Assembly: GCF_900128505.1 (NCBI RefSeq)
Contig: NZ_LT669940.1
Location: 603,475-643,474 of the forward strand
Reading direction: 5' to 3'
From: Parabacteroides timonensis
GTDB lineage: Bacteria; Bacteroidota; Bacteroidia; Bacteroidales; Tannerellaceae
Length of the DNA: 40,000 nucleotides
Each line of letters begins with the position of its first letter. Positions within the stretch are counted from its first letter, which is position 1. This document shows positions 15,746 to 23,112 of this stretch, in pieces. The notes beneath the pieces were generated by a model, which searched no databases, was not told the origin of the DNA, and saw nothing but the letters and a program-made list of their open reading frames with translations. The translations under genes and the position numbers were made by a program.

Positions 15746-16783
15746 ATGCAGAACAAATACAATCATTATTTTAATTTCTTCCTTTTTTCAGGGTTAGCCT
15801 GTTTCTCTTACTTTTTCATGGTGCTTTATTCGGATATTTCTCCGCAGCATCAGACTCTTTTGATCTCTTTCTGGGCTTTCCTGCTAGTCGTATTTGTTTT
15901 TAATGCGTTAGGGTTCAGTATAATGCTGATCAATGAATGGCAGAAGAGAAGCTATCAGTTTCTGGTAAGAGGGAAACATCAATTGTTGATTAATTGTATT
16001 TTGATGGCCGGGCTTTTGTTTCTGCTGAATTATCTGTTGTTTTCTATTGTCAAGGTTTTATTGGAGATTCCTTCGCCGTTTGCGTTGAGGGGAGCAGGTG
16101 TACGGATGATCTTTGTGGTGTGGCTGGTGGAGATGGTGATTGTCAGCCTGACGATGGTTGCTAATTTTTACAGGCAACTGATCGTTCTTCATGAAAAGGC
16201 GAACAAACTGGAGGAGAGTGCGATAAAAGCACAGTATGTTGCTTTGCAAAACCAGGTAAATCCGCATTTTCTCTTTAATAACCTGAATACGCTGATCTCG
16301 GAAATAGAATATAATCCGGAGAATGCTGTGGTATTTACTCAGCGGTTGTCGGATGTTTACCGGTATATTTTACAAAGCCAGCAGGAGGGACTGGTTACTT
16401 TGCGTTCGGAGATAACCTTTTTGAAATCGTTCATATTCCTGCATCAAGTACGGTTAGGGGATTGTCTTTTCGTAGATAACAGGATCGATCCTGCTCTGCT
16501 GGAAAAGAAAATACCGTCTTTTACTTTACAGTTATTAACCGAGAATGTGATCAAGCACAATATAATTAATTCGGATAAACCGATGACCATTCATCTGAGT
16601 ACTACGGAAGACGGGAAAATGCTGGTGGTAAGTAATCTGATCCGGATGAAGCAGAACGTCGTTAAGTCGGGAACCGGGCTCAGGAATCTCTCTTCCCGGT
16701 ATAAACTGATGAACAATCAGGATATTATCGTGGAAAATGATTCGAATTGTTTTACCGTTAAAATACCATTACTGAATGAATAA
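15746..16783 (+). CDS. LytS/His_kinase-type sensor histidine kinase (intact motifs)
   Basis: H-box QVNPHFLFNNLNT, N-box LTENVIKHN, G-box SGTGLRNLSSRY. About 4 N-terminal TM segments. Start moved to the first ATG (MQNKYNHY) because of the promoter box. Confidence 0.88.
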   Translation: MQNKYNHYFNFFLFSGLACFSYFFMVLYSDISPQHQTLLISFWAFLLVVFVFNALGFSIMLINEWQKRSYQFLVRGKHQLLINCILMAGLLFLLNYLLFSIVKVLLEIPSPFALRGAGVRMIFVVWLVEMVIVSLTMVANFYRQLIVLHEKANKLEESAIKAQYVALQNQVNPHFLFNNLNTLISEIEYNPENAVVFTQRLSDVYRYILQSQQEGLVTLRSEITFLKSFIFLHQVRLGDCLFVDNRIDPALLEKKIPSFTLQLLTENVIKHNIINSDKPMTIHLSTTEDGKMLVVSNLIRMKQNVVKSGTGLRNLSSRYKLMNNQDIIVENDSNCFTVKIPLLNE

Positions 16784-17555
16784 GATAAGAGCTGCTATTA
16801 TTGAAGACGAAATTCCGGCAGCCCGTCTGCTGAACAAGATGTTGACGGAGTTGCGTCCCGAATGGGAGATACTGTTATTGCCGGGAAATGTGGAAGGTGC
16901 TGTGAAATGGTTTAACAATAATCCGCATCCGGATATTCTGTTTCTGGATATCCAGTTGACAGACGGTGTTTCTTTTTCTTTTATCGAACAGGCAAATCCT
17001 GAATGTATGATCGTATTTACAACGGCTTACGATGAATATGCGATCCGTGCCTTCAAAGTGAACAGCATAGATTATTTGTTGAAGCCTATCGATAAGGAAC
17101 GGTTGAACGAGGCATTGGAGAAGTTTGAAAAACTAGTCTCTAAATATTACAGGGACTTCGGCAAACAGGGGGATATTTTACAAATACTTCAAAATATAAC
17201 CAGTCCGGCAAAGAAATACAGGACGCGATTCCTTATTTCGGGAGAAGACAAGTTGTTTACGTTGCAAGTGGATGACATCGCTTATTTCTACACGGAGAAT
17301 AAGATCACTTTTGCCGTTACCCATCAGAATAAAGAATACATTATAGATATGTCTTTGGATAAACTGTGCGAACAACTCGATCCCGACCGTTTTTTCCGGA
17401 CTAACCGGCAAACGGTAGTAAGTGTGCAGTCTATCCATAAAATAGAAAGTTATTTCCTCGGTAAAGTGGTTGTAAAGGTAATCCCGCCTTTTAAAGATAA
17501 GATCATTGTAAGCCGCGAGAAGATCAGTGCGTTCAAATCATGGCTGAATTATTAA
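16776..17555 (+). CDS. LytTR-family response regulator
   Basis: Receiver domain (AIIEDEIPAARLL, ILFLDIQLTD, IDYLLKP) plus LytTR domain (IAYFYTENKITF...FFRTNRQTVVS). Overlaps the kinase gene by 8 nt. Confidence 0.92.
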   Translation: MNKIRAAIIEDEIPAARLLNKMLTELRPEWEILLLPGNVEGAVKWFNNNPHPDILFLDIQLTDGVSFSFIEQANPECMIVFTTAYDEYAIRAFKVNSIDYLLKPIDKERLNEALEKFEKLVSKYYRDFGKQGDILQILQNITSPAKKYRTRFLISGEDKLFTLQVDDIAYFYTENKITFAVTHQNKEYIIDMSLDKLCEQLDPDRFFRTNRQTVVSVQSIHKIESYFLGKVVVKVIPPFKDKIIVSREKISAFKSWLNY

Positions 17556-17773
17556 TCTATAACTGTCGGCTCTTAGAGCTTTGATTAAAAAAGCGCATAA
17601 ATGACACAAATTTGTCAAAAAGTAAACCGGTAAATAGTATTTTTATTTATTAATTTGCGGTTATTGAATGCTTTCTTTATTCGGAAAAGAATATCATTAA
17701 GGGAAATGATACTGATTGTGTACTTAGGTTTGTACTGTCAGGCAATAGTGTGGTGATTAATTGTACAACTAAC

Positions 17774-17781
17774 TAACTTTG
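17774..17781 (+). promoter_or_regulatory. -7 box TAACTTTG upstream of the esterase gene
   Basis: Exact TAnnTTTG match, 6 nt before ATG 17788. It overlaps the TTG at 17779 used by the ORF track. Confidence 0.4.
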
Positions 17782-17787
17782 AATATT

Positions 17788-18651
17788 ATGAGAATAATTG
17801 CATCTTTATTAATTCTTTGGACATACCTCGTCTTTAGCAATCCTGTTGTTGCTCAAATCACAGAAAAAGAATTTGATGTAGATCTATGGTCTAATGGGTT
17901 ACCAAACACTAACGGGATAGATCAAACTCCTTTTGATGATAATATACGGAACTACAAACCTTCTTTGCGTGTATTTTTACCTCCAAAGGAAATTGCGACC
18001 GGACGTGCGGTTATCGCTTGTCCCGGTGGTGCTTACGCAGGCTTAGCTTATAATCATGAAGGATATGAATGGGCTCCTTTCTTTAATAAGTTGGGGATTA
18101 CTTTTGTTGTTTTAAAGTATCGTATGCCACGAGGAAACAGAGAAGTTCCGTTTTCTGATGCGGAAGAGGCTATAAGATTAGTAAAAGAGAAGGCCAAAGA
18201 CTGGAATATTAATCCGAATGATGTTGGGATCATGGGCTCTTCAGCTGGCGGACACCTGGCCTCTACAGTGGCGACGCATATAAAATCGGATTTAAGGCCT
18301 GCGTTTCAGTTGTTGTTTTATCCTGTAATAACAATGGATAAATCTTTTTCCCACTTAGGCTCTCATGATAATTTATTGGGTAAAGATGCATCTAAAGAAC
18401 TTGAAGATCATTACTCTAATGAAAAACTGGTAACCGCTGAAACACCGAGAGCCTATATTGCCTTTTCAGACGATGATGGTACAGTGCCCACAAAAAACGG
18501 AGTGTATTATTATTTGGCACTAAAAGAAAATAATGTCCCGGCCTCGATTTTTATTTATCCTTCCGGAGGGCATGGATGGGGATGCAGAGAAGAGTTCAAA
18601 TACAATAAGGAAATGCTGCAAGATTTGGAAGCATGGCTTTTGAGCTTTTAA
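17788..18651 (+). CDS. Secreted alpha/beta-hydrolase (carbohydrate esterase-like)
   Basis: Signal peptide MRIIASLLILWTYLVFSNPVVAQ. Oxyanion-region CPGGAYAGL. Nucleophile elbow GSSAGGHLA. C-terminal GGHGW. Adjacent to GH78. Confidence 0.8.
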   Translation: MRIIASLLILWTYLVFSNPVVAQITEKEFDVDLWSNGLPNTNGIDQTPFDDNIRNYKPSLRVFLPPKEIATGRAVIACPGGAYAGLAYNHEGYEWAPFFNKLGITFVVLKYRMPRGNREVPFSDAEEAIRLVKEKAKDWNINPNDVGIMGSSAGGHLASTVATHIKSDLRPAFQLLFYPVITMDKSFSHLGSHDNLLGKDASKELEDHYSNEKLVTAETPRAYIAFSDDDGTVPTKNGVYYYLALKENNVPASIFIYPSGGHGWGCREEFKYNKEMLQDLEAWLLSF

Positions 18652-18796
18652 AAAGCCCGGTTCAATACGGATAATATCAAATATATAAAATCAAAAATCA
18701 TTTTTATAACTAACATTTTTCCCGGAATATAGAGCTTTGGGACAGCAAATGTGCTATTAATTCATATTAATGATATTACTATAAAATGACAAGCGA

Positions 18797-21436
18797 ATGA
18801 AAAAGCTTATATTATTTATTACTGTTACTACTTTTCTTAGTTATTCCGGGGCTAACGGGCAGTCTGTCCGTTTGACCGACTTGCAGAGTGACCATCTTGA
18901 AACTCCGATAGGTATTGATAATCCGGCTCCTCGTCTTTCGTGGAAAATGGAAGACAGCCGGCAAGGGGCAAAACAAACATCTTATCGTGTGTTGGTGGAT
19001 AAAGACTCGATGAAAGTTGTAAACGGAAATGCCGATATATGGGATACCGGAAAAATAAATTCCGGAGATATGTTGATTACTTATGCGGGTAAACAGCTTG
19101 AACCTTTTATTAAATATTACTGGAAGGTGATAGGTGGCGATCTGGAAAATAAAGAAATAGCTTCACCTGTCAGCTCTTTTGAAATGGGGATGATGAATAT
19201 AAGGAACTGGCAGGGGGCCTGGATAGGCGATGGAAAAGATGTGGACTATCAACCTGCCCCTTATTTCCGTAAGAAGTTTGCAGCAGGTAAAACAATAAAA
19301 TCGGCACGTGCCTATATTGCCGCTGCCGGATTATATGAGTTATATATCAATGGAGAGAAAATAGGAGATCATCGTCTTGATCCGCTGTATACCCGTTTCG
19401 ATCGACGTAACTTGTATGTAACTTACGATGTGACCGGGCTGCTTCAGAATGGGGATAATGCCATAGGTGTACTTTTGGGTAATGGATGGTATAATCATCA
19501 ATCGAAAGCCGTATGGGATTTCGACCGGGCCCCCTGGCGTAACAGACCTGCTTTCTGTATGGATCTTCGTATCACTTATAATGATGGTAGTATCGAAACT
19601 ATTCCTACCGATCTTAGTTGGAAAACATCTTCGGGTGCATTAGTTTTCAACAGTATCTATACCGGGGAACATTACGATGCACGTCTCGAACAGACTGGTT
19701 GGAATACTCCGGACTTTGATGATTCTAAATGGAATGGAGTAGGATATCGAGGCGTCCCTTCCCAAAATGTTACGGCACAACAAGCCCGTCCGATCCGGAA
19801 TGTATTGACTCTCCCGGCGAAATCTGTCAACAAAATAGATGAAAAGACGTACGTTTTTGATTTTGGTCAGAATATGTCGGGAGTTACCCGGATAAAAGTA
19901 TCGGGAGAAAGGGGAACGGAAGTAAGGATTAAACATGGAGAGCGGCTTTTTGATAATGGGCGTATCGATATGTCCAACATTGATGTTTATTATCGGGGAG
20001 ATAAGGAAAAAGATCCTTTCCAGACAGATATCCTGATCCTTAGCGGTGGTAATGATGAATTTATGGCGAAGTTCAACTACAAAGGATTCCGTTATGTGGA
20101 AGTTTCCAGCGATAAGCCGTTGGCGCTTGACCAAAACAGCCTGACAGCTTACTTTATGCATAGTGATGTTCCTACGGTGGGACAGATCAGTACTTCGAGC
20201 GAACTTGTCAATAAGTTGTGGTGGGCAACCAATAACGCCTACCTGTCGAATTTGATGGGCTATCCGACCGACTGTCCGCAGCGTGAAAAGAACGGATGGA
20301 CCGGAGACGGACATTTTGCCATTGAAACGGCTTTGTATAATTTTGACGGAATTACCGTCTATGAGAAATGGTTGGCCGACCATCGCGACGAACAGCAACC
20401 CAACGGAGTACTCCCCGATATTATCCCGACAGGCGGATGGGGCTACGGTACCGACAACGGGTTGGACTGGACAAGTACAATTGCCATTATCCCCTGGAAC
20501 TTATATATGTTTTATGGCGATAGCAAACCACTCTCCGATTGTTATGAGAGCATTAAGCGATATGTCGATTATGTAGACCGTACAAGTCCTAACCATCTGA
20601 CTACCTGGGGGCGTGGAGATTGGGTTCCGGTCAAATCCCAGTCCAATAAGGAACTTACCTCTTCTATTTATTTTTACGTGGATGCCAGGATACTGGCGAA
20701 TGCCGCTAAGTTGTTTGATAAAAAGGATGATTATGCCTATTATACAGCATTAGCCGAGAAAATCAAAAATGCGGTAAATGATAAATACCTGAATAAGGAA
20801 ACTGGTATCTATGCGAATGGTAGCCAGACGGAATTAAGTGTTCCTTTGCAATGGAAAATAGTTCCCGACAATATGATAGCTAAAGTTGCACAAAATCTGG
20901 CAAAGAAAGTGGAAGAGGCAGGATTTCATTTGGATGTCGGTGTATTGGGAGCTAAAGCGATCCTGAATGCGTTGAGTGAAAACGGATATCCGGAAGTTGC
21001 CTATAAAGTTGCGGCGCAAGATACTTATCCGTCGTGGGGTTGGTGGATTGTCAACGGGGCAACAACTTTATTGGAGAACTGGGACTTGAAAGCCGAACGC
21101 GATATTTCGGATAATCATATGATGTTCGGGGAGATCGGCGGATGGTTCTATAAAGGGTTAGGAGGTCTTTTCCCCGATCCGGAACAACCGGGTTTCAAAC
21201 ATATATTACTGCGTCCCAACTTTGTAAAAGAGTTGAAACATTTTGAGGCACAACATAATTCTCCTTACGGACGGATTATTTCGAAATGGGAGTGGAACAA
21301 GAAGAAGATCAAATATGAAGTAACTGTACCTGCCAACAGCACGGCAACTCTTTATCTGCCGGATTATATAAAAGGAGACAAAGTCATCGAACTGGAATCG
21401 GGAAGGCATAATCTGGTTTTAACAGTATCGAAATGA
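18797..21436 (+). CDS. Glycoside hydrolase family 78 alpha-L-rhamnosidase
   Basis: 879 aa with a signal peptide. N-terminal LETPIGIDNPAPRLSWK, and DCPQREKNGWTGDG in the catalytic (alpha/alpha)6 region, are hallmark bacterial rhamnosidase motifs. Confidence 0.92.
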   Translation: MKKLILFITVTTFLSYSGANGQSVRLTDLQSDHLETPIGIDNPAPRLSWKMEDSRQGAKQTSYRVLVDKDSMKVVNGNADIWDTGKINSGDMLITYAGKQLEPFIKYYWKVIGGDLENKEIASPVSSFEMGMMNIRNWQGAWIGDGKDVDYQPAPYFRKKFAAGKTIKSARAYIAAAGLYELYINGEKIGDHRLDPLYTRFDRRNLYVTYDVTGLLQNGDNAIGVLLGNGWYNHQSKAVWDFDRAPWRNRPAFCMDLRITYNDGSIETIPTDLSWKTSSGALVFNSIYTGEHYDARLEQTGWNTPDFDDSKWNGVGYRGVPSQNVTAQQARPIRNVLTLPAKSVNKIDEKTYVFDFGQNMSGVTRIKVSGERGTEVRIKHGERLFDNGRIDMSNIDVYYRGDKEKDPFQTDILILSGGNDEFMAKFNYKGFRYVEVSSDKPLALDQNSLTAYFMHSDVPTVGQISTSSELVNKLWWATNNAYLSNLMGYPTDCPQREKNGWTGDGHFAIETALYNFDGITVYEKWLADHRDEQQPNGVLPDIIPTGGWGYGTDNGLDWTSTIAIIPWNLYMFYGDSKPLSDCYESIKRYVDYVDRTSPNHLTTWGRGDWVPVKSQSNKELTSSIYFYVDARILANAAKLFDKKDDYAYYTALAEKIKNAVNDKYLNKETGIYANGSQTELSVPLQWKIVPDNMIAKVAQNLAKKVEEAGFHLDVGVLGAKAILNALSENGYPEVAYKVAAQDTYPSWGWWIVNGATTLLENWDLKAERDISDNHMMFGEIGGWFYKGLGGLFPDPEQPGFKHILLRPNFVKELKHFEAQHNSPYGRIISKWEWNKKKIKYEVTVPANSTATLYLPDYIKGDKVIELESGRHNLVLTVSK

Positions 21437-21515
21437 CCTATAAAGTAAGTGCTTTTAGGAAAGTATTATTCCTATTTCTTGCTTTATGGCTTACCGTCTA
21501 ACTTACAGCTTATTA

Positions 21516-21647
21516 CAGTTTCCTCGTAGTTTCTTGCTTTGGAAACTCTAGTTCCCTGCGCAGGAAACTGCAATTTCCTCGGCAGGGAACTGGCGTTTCC
21601 TTAGGAGGGAACTGTAGTTTCCTGCCGAGGGAACAGAAAGAAAACTA
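21516..21647. repeat. Six contiguous 22-bp units; units 2-5 are palindromes of consensus GCAGGRAACT-GN-AGTTTCCTGC
   Basis: In 22-nt register from 21516: cagtttcctcgtagtttcttgc / tttggaaactctagttccctgc / gcaggaaactgcaatttcctcg / gcagggaactggcgtttcctta / ggagggaactgtagtttcctgc / cgagggaacagaaagaaaacta. The 10-mers CCTCGGCAGG (21578-21587) and CCTGCCGAGG (21621-21630) are exact complements. Confidence 0.85.
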
Positions 21648-21650
21648 CAT

Positions 21651-21686
21651 AAAAAAAGAGATACCTCAGTGAGATATCTCTTTTTT
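21651..21686. terminator. Bidirectional rho-independent terminator
   Basis: A7-AGAGATA-loop(11)-TATCTCT-T6. An A-run and a T-run flank a 7-bp stem, so it can serve both the plus-strand GH78 transcript and the minus-strand tRNA array. Confidence 0.7.
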
Positions 21687-21688
21687 CG

Positions 21689-21762
21689 CTCTTCCTCTTG
21701 GACTTGAACCAAGGACCCTCTGATTAACAGTCAGATGCTCTAACCAACTGAGCTAAGGAAGA
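21689..21762 (-). tRNA. tRNA-Asn (anticodon GTT), copy 1 of 3
   Basis: The reverse strand folds by eye into a cloverleaf: acceptor TCTTCCT/AGGAAGA, D-stem GCTC/GAGC, anticodon stem TCTGA/TCAGA with loop CTGTTAA, T-stem CTTGG/CCAAG with loop TTCAAGT, discriminator G. CCA is not encoded. Confidence 0.93.
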
Positions 21763-21800
21763 AAATATGTCTTTTCAGTCTTTCCCGATGTCTTTTTCAG

Positions 21801-21874
21801 CTCTTCCTCTTGGACTTGAACCAAGGACCCTCTGATTAACAGTCAGATGCTCTAACCAACTGAGCTAAGGAAGA
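21801..21874 (-). tRNA. tRNA-Asn (anticodon GTT), copy 2 of 3
   Basis: Identical 74-nt sequence to copy 1. Confidence 0.93.
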
Positions 21875-21907
21875 ATATGTTTTTCAGTCTTTCCCGATGT
21901 CTTTTTG

Positions 21908-21981
21908 CTCTTCCTCTTGGACTTGAACCAAGGACCCTCTGATTAACAGTCAGATGCTCTAACCAACTGAGCTAAGGAAGA
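21908..21981 (-). tRNA. tRNA-Asn (anticodon GTT), copy 3 of 3
   Basis: Identical 74-nt sequence to copy 1. Confidence 0.93.
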
Positions 21982-22030
21982 ATTTTCAACCATTCAGGGA
22001 CTTGTTGCATCCCTTTCTGAAATTGCACTG

Positions 22031-22038
22031 CAAAAGTA
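22031..22038 (-). promoter_or_regulatory. -7 box (TACTTTTG on minus strand) for the tRNA-Asn array
   Basis: The plus strand reads CAAAAGTA, about 50 nt upstream of the 5' end of copy 3. It is back-to-back with the pfkB-like promoter. Confidence 0.4.
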
Positions 22039-22061
22039 GAGGTTCTTTTTGAAATATGCAA

Positions 22062-22069
22062 TATCTTTG
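22062..22069 (+). promoter_or_regulatory. -7 box TATCTTTG for the PfkB kinase gene
   Basis: Exact match 18 nt upstream of ATG 22088. It lies inside the longer track ORF (22049), which argues for the 22088 start. Confidence 0.45.
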
Positions 22070-22087
22070 CAGAAAAAAATTGAAAAA

Positions 22088-23065
22088 ATGAATACAATAG
22101 GCTTAGGAAATGCTTTAGTTGATGTTTTATTGCGGTTGGATAGTGATGATGTACTGACTGAAGTAGGAATAAAGAAGGGAGCAATGGATATGATCAACCA
22201 GGAACAGATGGTTGCAATCCGTAAAACACAGGAACGTTTGGAAAGAAGCCAGGCTCCGGGTGGTTCAGTCTGTAACACCATGCGTGCTATGGCATGCCTT
22301 GGGGCAAATGCTGGTTTTATAGGTAAGATAGGAACCGACTCGGTTGGTGAATTTTATGAACAAGCGCTTAAAGATGCTAATGTCGCTCCTTACTTTATTA
22401 AAACATCCGGTATTTCCGGTAGCTGTACGGTGTTGATCTCGAAAGATGGAGAACGCTCTATGGGTACATTCCTGGGACCGGCTCCTACAATCACACCGGA
22501 TGAGATAAAAGAAGATATCTTGAACAAGTACAATTGTATTTATATAGAAGGCTATCTTTTAGTGAATGAAGAACTGGTTCGTTCAACGATGCAGAAAGCT
22601 AAAAAGTTGGGCTTGAAAGTAGCTCTCGATTTATCTAATTTTAATATTGTCAATGCTTTCAAAGGATTATTGGATGATATAATCCCCAACTATGTCGATA
22701 TTCTTTTCTCAAACGAAAGTGAAGCCGAAGCCTTTACCGGACTGAATGCTCACGAAGCCGTCAAAGCTCTTTCGGGTATGGTGGAAGTTTCTTTGGTTAC
22801 ATTGGGCAAGGAAGGTGCATTGGTCGGCAGCAACGGCCAGATTATATCTGTTCCCGCAGAAGGAGGTAAGCCTATCGATACGACCGGTGCCGGCGATCAC
22901 TTTGCTGCCGGCTTCCTTTATGGCCAATCTGTCGGTGCCACTTTGGAGCAATCAGCCCGTATCGGTTCGCTTCTGGCAGGATATATTATAGACGTGATCG
23001 GAGCCCAGATTCCGGATGATAAATGGGAACAAATAAAGTTAAAAGTAGATACGATATTATCCTGA
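22088..23065 (+). CDS. PfkB-family carbohydrate/nucleoside kinase (adenosine kinase-like)
   Basis: MNTIGLGNALVDV N-terminus and PfkB signature DTTGAGDHFAAGFLYG near the C-terminus. Confidence 0.85.
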   Translation: MNTIGLGNALVDVLLRLDSDDVLTEVGIKKGAMDMINQEQMVAIRKTQERLERSQAPGGSVCNTMRAMACLGANAGFIGKIGTDSVGEFYEQALKDANVAPYFIKTSGISGSCTVLISKDGERSMGTFLGPAPTITPDEIKEDILNKYNCIYIEGYLLVNEELVRSTMQKAKKLGLKVALDLSNFNIVNAFKGLLDDIIPNYVDILFSNESEAEAFTGLNAHEAVKALSGMVEVSLVTLGKEGALVGSNGQIISVPAEGGKPIDTTGAGDHFAAGFLYGQSVGATLEQSARIGSLLAGYIIDVIGAQIPDDKWEQIKLKVDTILS

Positions 23066-23112
23066 AATGTGTTTTATGCATACATTTACATCCTTAATTA
23101 ACTAAATATTCT

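Noticed and set aside
19640-20398. 252-aa ORF on the minus strand
   Set aside because: It lies entirely antisense to the well-supported GH78 rhamnosidase gene. The translation is low-complexity and stop-avoiding, with no recognisable motifs. It is a typical shadow ORF.
21516-21647. Possible CRISPR array (also considered for 36735-36815)
   Set aside because: The units are contiguous with no unique spacers. At 22 bp they are shorter than typical CRISPR repeats, they are degenerate, and no cas genes or leader are in the window.
21437-22087. tRNA-Asn cluster as the attachment site of an integrated element
   Set aside because: There is no integrase, excisionase or mobilisation gene on either side. 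I saw no extra partial copy of the tRNA 3' end beyond the three full genes. The flanking genes are ordinary chromosomal functions.
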